DNA of 38,902 bases, taken from positions 146,433-185,334 of the forward strand of contig NW_003314286.1 of the NCBI RefSeq assembly GCF_000143415.4, given 5' to 3'. The position numbers were made by a program, and so were the translations under genes. This document shows, one piece after another, positions 1 to 11,989 of the stretch (positions within the stretch are counted from its first letter, which is position 1; every line of letters starts with the position of its first letter). The notes under the pieces were generated by a model. It was given only the letters and a program-made list of their open reading frames with translations. It did not search any database and was not told the origin of the DNA. Origin of the DNA: Selaginella moellendorffii. Its lineage: Eukaryota > Plantae > Lycopodiophyta.

Positions 1-976
<976 letters not shown>

Positions 977-1628
977 GAATTTGATATTCCAAAAGAGAAC
1001 GACTCTGCAGTTGTAGGAGGTAGTGGCACAGGCCACACAACCACAGGTTTCAGGTCCTATGCAGAAGTTGACACTGATGATTCCATGTCTGAAGACGAAG
1101 ATGATGACTTCAACCAAGATTCTAATCTTAGGTTAGCTAATGGGAGGTAAACTTCTTTGTTTACTTCTATCTCGGCTGATAGTACGCAATACTATGCATG
1201 ACAGTGAGATTAGTGGCCTTGGGGATGACATGGACCAAGTAACTGGTGTGGAGAGCTTACCTAAATCTCCCATGCCTCCTCCTTTCAAGCACAAACGTCT
1301 AAATGAGGGAGATTCAAGTGTCGTTGTAGTTAGAAAATGGAAAATCTGTTTGTTAACTGATTTGGACCAGCCTAGTACCAGCAGTTCAGAGCAACAACTG
1401 GCATCACTTGAAATTTCTCATGAATTGCTTGACATTGACATTGTTGATTCATAATTAAGCTAGCACGCATGTGCCGTTTTTCTATTTTTAGGCTGCTTAA
1501 GGAAATTGTCTGCTTAGCCATTGCCAACGATAGACTTTTCAGATGACACTAATTTGTATTAAAGCTTAACATTTTTTCTGCCAAAAAGCCATTTCAAATG
1601 GCTTTTTGGCGGCTGAAATAAAACACTG
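977..1628 (+). mobile_element. 3' end of a hAT-like DNA transposon (acidic C-terminal coding remnant plus terminal inverted repeat)
   Basis: Acidic reading frames (DTDDSMSEDEDDDF..., ...DIDIVDS*) are followed by AT-rich sequence ending GCTGAAATAAAACACTG, the reverse complement of a CAGTGTTTT-type plant hAT terminus. No catalytic motif is visible. Confidence 0.5.
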
Positions 1629-1649
1629 CTCAGAGTCCTAGGTAGGAAC

Positions 1650-2258
1650 TTATCAAGCATCTAGCAAGAAAGAGAGACACAGCAGGTGCCATGCTCACAA
1701 TCTTAATTGCCTCCCTATCATATCCACACTCAACAAAGAATTCTAGCAAGCGTGCCAAGAACTCGCCACCCTTGCAAACTTAATCCTTGCCCAGCAGCTT
1801 TTCTGCGAAGATCACTGCCGCATCCTGCAAGCCACTCTCTCGCAGGTGCTCCGCAAAGCTTAGAATTCCCGGCTTTTTATCTTTGCTCTCCAAGAGGCCC
1901 GGCTCAATTGCTCTGCTGTAGCATTCGTCCCATCCATACTTTTGCACCGCTACAACCAGCGGCTGCGCTGTTTCCATGAGATCAATCCCTTAATTCCTCC
2001 TGACCGTGCTTGACACAGAACTCTTTAGCAGATTTTAGAAAGAATCATCTGTGAAGTCGTCTAGTGATCTACTACTTGCCTTCTCGCCATATTTGTTTGC
2101 CAAGCCACGTATGTATAACTCTTGTCTGGCCAGGCTCGCGCTCGTGCTACTCCTCGAGCCACTTCACTACGCACTTGACTAGCTGTGTTCGGCCACACAA
2201 CCAGAGCAACAGTGTGATAGAATGAGTTCGTATCACCACACTCGTTGCCAATGAATGG
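1650..2258 (-). pseudogene. Fragment of a 2OG-Fe(II) oxygenase paralog
   Basis: METAQPLVVAVQKYGWDECYS and NSFYHTVALVVWP match the 8908-11580 protein; frameshifted and truncated. Confidence 0.9.
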
Positions 2259-3087
2259 TATCAATGAGATACCCACTATTCTCATGCTTGGATTTTAAGA
2301 TCCTCCCCATCTTTCATAGGGTACAACACACTTTAGTCCAAATACTTCCATCAATCCTTTAGGATTATTCCTTGACTCTACTTGAGTCATCCAACTTTTT
2401 GGACTTTGCTAATCAAATGACTGTGAGGTCCTACTTTTGAGCTAGTTCACTGGAATATAACTTCATATATTCATGTCCTACTCACAAAGACCATCTTTGC
2501 AAATGTTACTTTGACATTTGATTTTGTTCTTTGGGGCTAACCTTTGCCCCTTAGGATTATTTGTCCATACGATGAGAATACCAACTCATCCTCTAAGTGC
2601 ACCCCCAACTCCTTGGGTTGTTCTAGCATTTATTAAAAATAGCTTCGGCTACCATTTCAAGGACTTGTGTCCTCTTCCGTGGTCATTACTTCTGGTCTCA
2701 CATTCATGAGCACTAACCTCAACTATATGAGGATAATCTTGTGACTCCTTTATTGCTTTGGAGTCTCTATCTTTCCCGTGATCCCAACTATAGTTGTTTA
2801 CCACAACTACATTAGTCAATTTGCTAAGTCAAATGCTCATCTAGATCACATCCTCAACTCTCTAAGGAAACCCTTATACTGTTCCCAAGATCCCAAAGTC
2901 ATTCCCTTACTGGCCCTTTTCTATCCACCATATCGCGCCCAAGTTCACGCATGAACTTGAGTGGAGAGCCATGTCCTCTCGATATGCTACTCCTCAAGGA
3001 TAAGCCCACTCCTAGGACCTTCCTATGCCAACATCAATGGTGATATACTTGAGCACCAATAAAAGTCAGATTAATTAATAGCTCCGA

Positions 3088-4366
3088 CTCTGCTTCCGCT
3101 TCCACTACAAACAAAATTTGATATTCCAAAAGAGAACGACTCTCCAGTTGTAGGAGGTAGTGGCATAGGCCACACAACCACAGGTTTCAGGTCCTATGCG
3201 GAAGTTGACACTAATGATTCCATGTTTGAAGTCGAAGATGATGACTTCAACCAGGATTCTAATCTTAGGTTAGCTAATGGGAGGTAAGCTTCTTTGTTTA
3301 CTTCTATCTTGGCTGATAGTACGCAATACTATGCATGACAGTGAGATTAGTGGCCTTGGGGACGACATGGACCAGGTAACTGGTGTGGAGAGCTTACCTG
3401 CATCTCCCGTGCCTCCTCCTTTCAAGCACAAATGTCTAAATGAGGGAGATTCAAGTGTCGTTGTAGTCAGAAAAAGGAAAATCTGTTTGTTAACTGATTT
3501 GGACTAGCCCGGTACCAGCAGTTCAGAGCAACAATTGACATCACTCGAAATTTCTCATGAATTGCTTGACATTGACATTGTTGATTCATAATTAAGCTAG
3601 CACGCACATGCCATTATTTTATTTTTAGGCTGCTTAAGGAAATTGTCTGCCCAGCCATTGCCAGCGATAGACTTTTCATATGACACTAATTTGTATTAAA
3701 GCTTAACATTTTTTCTGCGGCGGCTGAAATAAAACACTGCTCAGAGTCCTAGGTAGGAACTTATCAAGCATCTAGCAAGAAAGAGAGACACAGCAGGTGC
3801 CATGCTCACAATCTTCAATGCCTCCCTGTCATATCCACACTCAACAAAGAATTCCAGCAAGCGTGCCAAGAACTCACCACTCTTGCAAACTTAATCCTCG
3901 CCCAGCAGCTTTTCTGCAAAGATCACTGCCGCATCCTGCAAGCCACTCTCTCGCAGGTGCTCCACAAAGCTTAGAATTCCTGGCTTCTTATCTTTGCTCT
4001 CCAAGAGGCCCAGCTCAATCGCTCTGCTGTAGCATTCGTCCCATCCATACTTTTGCACCGCTGCAACCAGCGGCTGTGCTGTTTCCATGAGATCAATCCC
4101 CTAATTCCTCCTGACCGTGCTTGACACAGAACTCTTTAGCAGATTTTAGAAAGAATCCTCTGTGGAGTCGTCTAGTGATCTACTACTTGCCTTCTCGCCA
4201 TGTTTGTTTGGCAAGCCACGTATGTATAACTCTCGTCTGGCCAGGCTCGCGCTCGTGCTGCTCCTCAAGCCACTTCACTACGCACTTGACTGGCTGTGTT
4301 CGGCCACACAGAGCAGCGGTGTGATAGAACGAGTTCGTATCACCACACTCGTTGCCAGTGAATGGT
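3088..4366 (+). repeat. Segmental duplication, copy 2
   Basis: Near-identical to 951-2258, starting at CTCTGCTTCCGCTTCCACTACAAACA; the hAT-like terminus ends at 3739. Confidence 0.95.
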
Positions 4367-5335
4367 TCGTGCTCCTTGGCATCCGGTAAAACGCCGAAAG
4401 GATTATGGGACCAGTGGCACCTCACAACCTGCAACTTCATATCCAAGCTACACTCCCTGAAGTTCTCCAGCTTTCGATCGTCGACCGCTGTCCAGCTCTG
4501 GATGCTGTAGCTCGTCTCGGAAGAGTCATCCAGGCTGTTTAAGATGGTGTGCTTGACAAGCATGCGTGCAGCTCAGCACAAGCGCCACCACAACCCGGTC
4601 GTGTCCCTTGAGCCCCGCAAAGCTCAGGCTGTTGTTCGAGTACTTGGTGACCCAGTGGAATCGCGAGGATCGGTGTTGGCCCATTCTTTCAGCTGGCTCT
4701 GGACGCTGCCGAGAGCTGCTAAGTAGTGTGGAATCTTGCCAGCGTCCACGTCTATAAACTTTGCGACCAGCCTAAACACCAGGCACAGCCTCGTCCCACT
4801 CGTCACCTCGGACAGCTAGTGCTCGCAATCGCAGAACACCGTCTGGAAGTAGCCCGCCCTCGAAGCAGCGCCAGAGAAATCAAAAGCCACACTCTTCGCG
4901 GATTTCCAGCTCGCCACCCTCGTGCCCAAACTGCATCGGGCTGCAAGATCATCGTCCCAAACATGCAATCTTCCTTCTCGGTGTCCTTGTGGAACTTGAA
5001 GTGGCCACCATGTTCGTACAACAGCAGCTTGTACAGTCTCACGTCCAGACCAAGCGCAGCGTCGTCGATCCCCATCTCCTCCATGTGACCAAGTCGAGGA
5101 CCACCTTGGAGAAAAAGTCTGGGACTTGGGGGCAGCTCACCTTGGACGCTTCGACTCGCCGGCGTCGAGGATGGTTTGATCGCCCTTGCCGAAGGGCGCT
5201 TGCTGTTGAGCTTGAGGAAGCCAAAAGAGGGAGGGCAAGATCTCCATGCCCACCTCCACACGCAAGGAGGTGGGCATGGCGAATTTGGTTGTGTGGACCT
5301 CGCCTACAATCCTGTGGCCTCGTCATTTGGTTGTC
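3760..5335 (-). pseudogene. 2OG-Fe(II) oxygenase paralog, frameshifted pseudogene
   Basis: MEEMGIDDAALGLDVRLYKLLLYEHGGHFKFHKDTEKEDCMFGTMILQ, TSGTRLCLVFRLV, WTAVDDRKLENFRECSLD and METAQPLVAAVQKYGWDEC are collinear with the intact gene but split across frames with deletions. Confidence 0.93.
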
Positions 5336-5437
5336 TCTTCTTTAGAGCTTTATCTTCTAGAAACTTAGAACTTCTCTCCTCATCGTGCATATGCATAATA
5401 CATTCTTACACACAAAAACGAGAAGCGTCTATCTGGC

Positions 5438-7876
5438 ATGGATGAAGAAGACTTGCAAAAAGATGGCGTGGGGGCGCTTGACCGAGTTACGATCTTCCGT
5501 GGGCTCATATCTCCATATTGTAGACCAACGTCGACAAAACAAGCCCAATATGGAAATAAATTTTTCTCTAAGTTTCTTGGCAATTTAGAGACGAGATGGG
5601 AGGAAGAGAGAGATTTTTGGATGATGCGAAGCCTGGGAGGCACGGCGGCGGTACTAGATCATCATCCCGGCGATGGGCTGGAGAATGCGAGGATGGATTT
5701 TGGGAAACACAAGGGCGAGCTCATGGTGGAGCTGCCCGATAGCTACTTGGCTTGGATCTCCCGGCGGCGCAAAGGGCGGCTGGCGTTGTGGGCGCCGCTG
5801 GCGGACAGGGTCTTGCACGAGCGCCACTCTTCGACTTGTTCTTCTTCTCGGCCGCCCGGAGGTAAGATTCTGGGTTGCAAGGAGGGCGAAGAAGTGGATC
5901 CGATCGATGGGTTTAGCCTTGGAGCAGCGGTGGCGCTCTTTGGATGGTGTCCGGAGATCTCCGCTAGCGATGAGACATCTCCAGGGAAAGACGATACAGG
6001 AAGAACTTTAGAAAGCGATGGAGGAGATATTTTGGATTCGAATGAAAGAAGAGAAGGGACCGATGGAAACCAAGAGAGAAAGAAAAGCTCTCTCCACCAT
6101 GAGTTTAACAAGATTTCCCGGAAGCCTTGGAAGAATGTGGACGAAGGAAGCACTCTCTCCCGGCTGGGCAAGCTCGTGGTGGAGCTCCAAAGATCCGGGA
6201 ACTCCACTGCTCGAAGAAAGCCCAGGCAAAAGCTCTACCGGGATCATGATCACGGGAATTCACGAGGGAAGAGGATGGTCTTTTCTCCGAGCTCCAAGGA
6301 TCATGGAGACCAAGAACACCATGACAACGCCAAAGCCCTCGAGAGATTGGCAGGATTGGTGGCGAGGTTTGATAGCCGGGGGCACAAATCCAGCGGTTGC
6401 TACGCCGATTTCATCCGCTGGTGTGGAGACACCGGAGCCGTGATGGATGGCAAGTTCGTCCACGGCCACCTCGCGAGCTCCCACCGCAAGAACGAGAAGT
6501 TCTTGCTAAACTTGCTGGTGGAGATGTATGGCAAGTGGAGAGACACGCTCCAAGCCCGGGCAGTGTTTGACGCGATCAAGCGTAAAAACGTTTTCTCGTG
6601 GAACACGATGCTGCAAGTCTACGTCCAGAACGATCGTCCCCGCGACGCGATCGAGCTCTTCCGAGCGATGGATTTGGAAGGCGTGGTGGCGCCAAACAAA
6701 CTCACATTCTTTGCTCTAATCGAGGCTTTCTCGGCCATGAGTGATGATCTCGACGATCGCGATCGAGGTCGAGAGATCCAGGGCGATAGAGCTCGAGCCA
6801 TCCGGACTCTGGGAGATCGGATCGAGAGCAGTGGGTTTGGATCCGACCCATTCCTCGCGACTGGCCTCGTCAATCTCTACGGCAAGAGCGGGTTGGTGGA
6901 CGAGGCGGTGGCGGCGCTGGATCGAATGCGCAGGGGCGACCGCGACGTGATCGCCTGGACCACCGCGATCGCGGCGCTGGCAAGAAACCGCGAGTTCCCG
7001 GCCGCGATCCACCTCTTCCGGGAGATGGCGCTCGAGGGCGCGCGCGCAAACAATCTCACGCTCCTGGCGGCGCTGGATGCTTGCGCAGGGCAGCGGGATC
7101 CCCGGAGTGGCGCTGTGATCCACGCCGCGGCCGTGGAGCTGGGATTCCAATCCAATGCCATCGTCGGCACCTCCATCGCCCACATGTACGCGAAGTGTGG
7201 CGATCTCGATCGCGCTAGCGCCGCCTTCGCGGGGATCGCCGTCAAGGATTCCGTGGCGTGGAACACAATCATCGCCGCCCACGTCGAGAATCGCCGGCCC
7301 CGCGAAGCCCTCGACCTCTTCGAATCGATGCTCGAGAAGCATTCTTCTTCTTTCTCTTCGAGTTCTTCGAGTTCTTCGCTAGCGCGGCCCAATGCCGTGA
7401 CTTTCATGGCGGCGCTGGATGCATGCTCGCTCGCGACGGCGCCGCTGGGCCATGGGCGATCGATCCACGCGAAGATCCGCGGCGCGGGCCTGGAATCTAA
7501 CGTGCTGGTTGCGAACTCGCTTGTGGATATGTACGTGAAATGCGGGAGCCTGGGCGAGGCGAGGGGAGTGTTTGACGCTATCGAAGCTCCCACTGTGGCG
7601 TCCTTCACTGCGATCATCTCCGGCTATGCGCGTCAGGGCGACGCGGAGGAGGCGCTGGCGCTCTTCCGCCGGATGCAGCACGAAGGGATCGTCCCCAATC
7701 ACGTCACCTTTGTCGTCGTGCTCTTCGTCTGTAGCCACCGGGGACTGATCGAGGAGGGATGGCGGCAGTACGGTTCCATGGCCACCGACTATGGGATCAC
7801 CCCCACGAAGGAACACTGGGATTGCGTGCTAGATCTCTTTGCTCTTTTGAAAAACAGGGGAGGGAAAGACCCTTAA
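5438..7876 (+). CDS. PLS-class pentatricopeptide repeat protein with an N-terminal FGKHKG-motif (DUF3820/ExoX-C-like) domain; ends at the start of the E region
   Basis: 812-aa ORF with repeated PPR motifs (NLLVEMYGK..ARAVFDAIKRKNVFSWNTML; NSLVDMYVKCGSLGEARGVFDAI; VASFTAIISGYARQGDAEEALALFRRMQHEGIVPNHVTF; CSHRGLIEEG..GITPTKEHW). The start codon is uncertain (5438 or 5621). Confidence 0.9.
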   Translation: MDEEDLQKDGVGALDRVTIFRGLISPYCRPTSTKQAQYGNKFFSKFLGNLETRWEEERDFWMMRSLGGTAAVLDHHPGDGLENARMDFGKHKGELMVELPDSYLAWISRRRKGRLALWAPLADRVLHERHSSTCSSSRPPGGKILGCKEGEEVDPIDGFSLGAAVALFGWCPEISASDETSPGKDDTGRTLESDGGDILDSNERREGTDGNQERKKSSLHHEFNKISRKPWKNVDEGSTLSRLGKLVVELQRSGNSTARRKPRQKLYRDHDHGNSRGKRMVFSPSSKDHGDQEHHDNAKALERLAGLVARFDSRGHKSSGCYADFIRWCGDTGAVMDGKFVHGHLASSHRKNEKFLLNLLVEMYGKWRDTLQARAVFDAIKRKNVFSWNTMLQVYVQNDRPRDAIELFRAMDLEGVVAPNKLTFFALIEAFSAMSDDLDDRDRGREIQGDRARAIRTLGDRIESSGFGSDPFLATGLVNLYGKSGLVDEAVAALDRMRRGDRDVIAWTTAIAALARNREFPAAIHLFREMALEGARANNLTLLAALDACAGQRDPRSGAVIHAAAVELGFQSNAIVGTSIAHMYAKCGDLDRASAAFAGIAVKDSVAWNTIIAAHVENRRPREALDLFESMLEKHSSSFSSSSSSSSLARPNAVTFMAALDACSLATAPLGHGRSIHAKIRGAGLESNVLVANSLVDMYVKCGSLGEARGVFDAIEAPTVASFTAIISGYARQGDAEEALALFRRMQHEGIVPNHVTFVVVLFVCSHRGLIEEGWRQYGSMATDYGITPTKEHWDCVLDLFALLKNRGGKDP

Positions 7877-7957
7877 TTTAAGAACCCTAAAAAGGTGACA
7901 ATCCAGTTTCTATTGCTTGCATCGTCAAAGTCGGGGCTTCCATTCGGGAGGCATGGA

Positions 7958-8848
7958 ATGGAGCTCTTCTCGCAGGTATATGTTCTTCTTCGTGGCCATC
8001 GGTTTTATCTCTTCTTTTGTGGTAAAAAGGGAGATGTGTGTAGATCTTTGGAGCAATTCAACAAGGTGTTGGGAAGAACTTCCTTGTGAGTGAATCAATT
8101 TTGAAAGATCCAAATGTACACCAGAAAACTGAAGTCATTCTAGTATATTCTTTTCTATTCCACTATTGATATGCCATAGGTGAAACACAGATCTTTGGCA
8201 GAGGGGACTTTCACTGTTTTATCTTGACAGGTTATTCCAGTGGATTCTTCTCCTTGAGCAGAACTTCGCAAAAGATTTGAAGAAGGTGCTGCTCAGTTTC
8301 GAGAGGATACAAAGCTGGAAAACAACGACTCTGAGGAGGTTTGTAAAGCCTGAGAGCGATCCAGGCTGGTTTAGAGGAGGCTCGTCATTTTCTTAGCAGA
8401 TGGTTGAATTTTCTAAAATTCTTCTATGCTTCCTTATCTGGGCTTTATTACGAAGCTCGTTTTTCGAAACCTTTCGCAGCTTTTTTTGCTGAAATCAGGG
8501 AGAATTGGAACCAGCAAAGTCTGCTACTATGTCTGCGTGTGCAAGCAGCTACACGGATCAACGTAAGAATCATAACGAAAAGTAAAAAAGAAACACTCAC
8601 CAGAATCGTTCATACAGGTCCCGAGATTATATGGTGTCTGTGTGAAACACGCAAACGGTGCTAGTTCGGCCTTGCGGTTGCAGCTGCGCGATGCGGAGGT
8701 ACTTTCTTCGAAGCTGAAATGCCTCTTGAAAGGGATCAGGTTCTCTCCCACAGACGAGGGTGTGCGAAGTGGAACTGTAAGCAGGAAGAGCTCCACTTTT
8801 GCGACCCAAGAAGCGTTCCGGAAGCAAAGTCGTTTGCAAAAAACTTAG
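7958..8848 (+). pseudogene. Possible small multi-exon gene or pseudogene of unknown function
   Basis: A series of short GT..AG introns (CAG|GTATAT..TGTAG; CTT|GTGAGT..GACAG; GAG|GTTTGT..ATCAG; AAC|GTAAGA..TACAG) joins frames such as MELFSQ/IFGAIQQGVGKNFL/..ELRKRFEEGAAQFREDTKLENNDSEE/GELEPAKS. This model has one in-frame TGA. Confidence 0.3.
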
Positions 8849-8907
8849 GACAGTCTACATGATTGCATTCTCTTAAACAAGATTAATAAGAAAAAGATCT
8901 CAAGCGC

Positions 8908-11580
8908 TCAAACCAACTCGTTCAAGAGCTTACGAAGGCTCTCGATCTTGGCAGGCGAGGTTTCTAGCATTTGCTCATACTCGACACGCTCCAGCCTTGG
9001 GTTTGGCTTCTGGCGTTTGTTTGTGTTCTTGTATTCTTCATCGCTGCTAATCACCTCTTCATCGCCAGACAGGTAGCTAATTCGAGCATGGATCACCTCT
9101 CTCAACGCATCTCTAGCAACATCGTCCCATTCCTTGGCTCTCTCGATCAAACTACTGTCGATCCAAATTGTTCTTCGAAGTCTCGCAGGCTCATCGTCCA
9201 TAAGTGCTAGAGAACCACTTCTTATGAGCTTAACTAGAGATTTCACCATTTTCTCATCGCCCAGCCATATCGCAGCTTCAAGCAGCTCCTTGCTCTCGCA
9301 TCCACACTTCTCGAACGCGCATGACAATAGCTCCAAAAAGAGCTGCGTCACCTTTTCATCTTTCTTCAAGCCAAACAGCCCTGCCGCTTTCTTCATGCTC
9401 ACCACCGTTTCTTCTAGATTATCGCTCTTCTTCACAGCTTCATGAAATTTCTCGTCCTGAGCCAAGAGCAGCACAAATGCCTCCTTGCTACTAATTTTCA
9501 TGTCTACGCAGCCAAAGATCTCCTCGAGGCTAATATCCTTGATAAAGCTCTTCCTTGCGAAGGCCATTGCAGCATCATGACACCCTTGAGACTCGAGTTT
9601 CACCGCAAAGTCCGCAACCTCTCCCAAAAACTCTCTCCTTCCTTTTTGCTGGAGCTTAGCCAGCTTTTCCTTCTTTTCCTTCTCTCTGTCACTTTTTTTT
9701 AAACTGTAATACCCATATCCATAGTCAAGCTCTTCTGCTCGTTTTTCCCACGAAACCTCGTAGATTTCCAGCTTCTTCTCCCAAAATTCTTCGATGCGAG
9801 AGAAGCTGCTCTCTCCCCACTTCTTCACTACCTGGACCAAACAGCTACAAGAAAAATAAGAAACCGCCGGTGCGATGCTCACAATCTTCCATGTCTCATC
9901 ATCACGTCCACACTCGACGAAAAAGCCCAGCAAGCATGTCAAGAACGCGTGGTCCTTGCAAACTTGATCATCGGCCAGCAGCTTCTGAGCGAAGATCACA
10001 GCCGCGTCCTGCAAGCCACTCTGGCTTAGATGCTCCGCAAACCTTAGAACCTCCGGCCACTTATTTTTCTCTTCCAAGAGCCCCTCAATCACCTTGCTAT
10101 AGCATTCGTCCCATCCATACTTGTGAACCGCTGCAACCATAGCCTGTGCTGTTTCCATGAGCTTAATCCCCCAGTTCTTCATCACCAAGAATGCTGCGTC
10201 ACGAAAGTCGTGCCTGACGCAAAACTCTAGCAGAGTTTCAAAAGACTTCTTGTATTCACTTGCGTTGATGGGGGGGCCTCTACTTTCCAAGGCAGATATG
10301 TATCGCTCTAAATCGCCGCTCGTCCGGCCAGGCTCGCGTTCGTGCTGCTCCTCGAGCAAGGTGACTACACATCTGACTGGCTGTCTGTTGCATAGCACGT
10401 CCACTATGTGCTCCTTCGGCCACACTACCAGAGCCGCGGTGTGATAAAACGAGTTTTTGTCACCGCCATGATTCCCATTGTATGGTTCGTATTCCTTAGC
10501 ATCTGGTGAATCGCCGAAAGGATCCTTGTCGGAATCCTGGCACCTCACGACCTCTGTGTCTAAATCCAAGCAACAGTCCCGGAAGTGCTCCAGTTTTCGA
10601 CCATCTATCGCTGTCCAGTTCTTGACGCTGTAGTTCGTCATTAAGCTGTCAAACACGTTGTTACGAGTCTTCTTCTTTACAATCGTGCAAAGATGGACGT
10701 CGAGAAAGCTTGTGCAGCTCAGCACAAGCGCCGCCACAACCCTGTCGTGTCCCTTGAGCCCCGCAAAGCTGAAGCTGTTGTTTGAGTACTTGTGACCAAG
10801 CGGAATCGCGAGCATCAGTGATGGCGTTCTCCTGGCCCATTCCTTCAGCTGGCTTTGAACGCTTCTCACTGTTGACAAGTAGTGTGGAACTTTTCCTGCA
10901 TCCACGTCTAGAAACTTTGCATTGCTGCGCACCAGGCTAAACACAAGGCAGAGCCTCGTCCCGGTCGTCACCTCGGCCAGCCTGTGATCGCAATCGCTGA
11001 AGAAAACCGTCTGGAAGTAGCCCGTCCTCGAAGCAGCACCAGAGAAATCAAAAGCTACACCCTTCTTCCCGTGACGAATTTCCAGCGCACCGCCCTCGTG
11101 CCCGGACTGCGTAGGGAGCTGCAAGATCATCGTCCCAAACATGCCCTCTTCCTTCTCGGTATCCTTGTGAAACTTGAAGTGGCCACCCCGTTCGTACAGC
11201 AGCAGCTTATAAAGTCTCACGTCCAAGCCAAGCGCGGCGGCGTCGATCCCCAGCTCCTCCATCGCGGGAACGGCCAAGTTGAGCACTACTGCCGAGAAAA
11301 AGTCTGGCATCTGGGGGCAGCTCACCTTGGACGCTTCGACTTGCCATGCGCGGCGGATGGTGGTGTCGAACAGCGTTTGGTCGCCCTTGCCGTAGGGTGC
11401 TTGCTGCGACACAGCCTTGAGCTTGAGGAAGCCATCGCTGAAGAGAGGGAGGGCGAGATCCCCAGCTCCCTCCACTCGCAAGGAGGTGGGCATGGGGAAT
11501 TTGGTTCCATCGACCTCGCCTCCAGTAGCAAACTTTGGACGAGAAGACCACAGTACTTTGAGAAGCGCCTCGTAGTCCAT
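8908..11580 (-). CDS. 2OG-Fe(II) oxygenase-domain protein (~890 aa; prolyl-hydroxylase-like 2OG-FeII_Oxy_3 type) with a long helical C-terminal region
   Basis: Uninterrupted ORF. It carries the APYGKGDQTLFDTTIRRAWQV motif, LYKLLLYERGGHFKFHKDTEKEEGMFGTMILQLP (HxD), HEGGALEIRHG and FFSDCDHRLAEVTTGTRLCLVFSL (distal His, 2OG-binding Arg). The start is placed at MDYEALL (11580) because an intron-acceptor-like TTTTAAG lies just upstream; the raw ORF extends to 11715. Confidence 0.88.
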   Translation of the reverse strand: MDYEALLKVLWSSRPKFATGGEVDGTKFPMPTSLRVEGAGDLALPLFSDGFLKLKAVSQQAPYGKGDQTLFDTTIRRAWQVEASKVSCPQMPDFFSAVVLNLAVPAMEELGIDAAALGLDVRLYKLLLYERGGHFKFHKDTEKEEGMFGTMILQLPTQSGHEGGALEIRHGKKGVAFDFSGAASRTGYFQTVFFSDCDHRLAEVTTGTRLCLVFSLVRSNAKFLDVDAGKVPHYLSTVRSVQSQLKEWARRTPSLMLAIPLGHKYSNNSFSFAGLKGHDRVVAALVLSCTSFLDVHLCTIVKKKTRNNVFDSLMTNYSVKNWTAIDGRKLEHFRDCCLDLDTEVVRCQDSDKDPFGDSPDAKEYEPYNGNHGGDKNSFYHTAALVVWPKEHIVDVLCNRQPVRCVVTLLEEQHEREPGRTSGDLERYISALESRGPPINASEYKKSFETLLEFCVRHDFRDAAFLVMKNWGIKLMETAQAMVAAVHKYGWDECYSKVIEGLLEEKNKWPEVLRFAEHLSQSGLQDAAVIFAQKLLADDQVCKDHAFLTCLLGFFVECGRDDETWKIVSIAPAVSYFSCSCLVQVVKKWGESSFSRIEEFWEKKLEIYEVSWEKRAEELDYGYGYYSLKKSDREKEKKEKLAKLQQKGRREFLGEVADFAVKLESQGCHDAAMAFARKSFIKDISLEEIFGCVDMKISSKEAFVLLLAQDEKFHEAVKKSDNLEETVVSMKKAAGLFGLKKDEKVTQLFLELLSCAFEKCGCESKELLEAAIWLGDEKMVKSLVKLIRSGSLALMDDEPARLRRTIWIDSSLIERAKEWDDVARDALREVIHARISYLSGDEEVISSDEEYKNTNKRQKPNPRLERVEYEQMLETSPAKIESLRKLLNELV

Positions 11581-11989
11581 GAAATAAACCTTAAAACAGA
11601 TTACTAGTAATTGCCCATGATTAAGGTTCATAAATAAGTAATGAACTTGGTTTTTCAAGCACTGGACTTTGCTGAACTCCACAAGTGCTGCGTGTACCGA
11701 GTTGCATTCTTCCATCCCGAATGCAAAGAGGCAGACAATTGCATCCAGGTCCAGCTACCCCCTTCAAGTAATTAAGCTCCATAGCCCGAGAGATTGCAGC
11801 TATGAAACCGGAAACCATTACACTGCAATGAGAGCTGCACTTGGATGAGAAATGCACCTCTCCCATCAGCATCCGCGCATTGCCATAACCTAGCCTAGAC
11901 TGTGAGCCAGCCAAGTCAGGGGTGCATTGGCCTTTCAAACAGAACTATGCTAGTTTACGAAGAGAAAAGAGGATGGGAAGAAGCTTTCA

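Noticed and set aside
5673-7816. Many overlapping and antisense ORFs (e.g. 6877-7617, 6716-7342)
   Set aside because: Shadow frames of the GC-rich PPR coding sequence.
11581-11715. N-terminal 45 aa of the 935-aa ORF
   Set aside because: AT-rich, intron-like sequence with an acceptor just before MDYEALL; probably not coding, though an upstream exon cannot be excluded.
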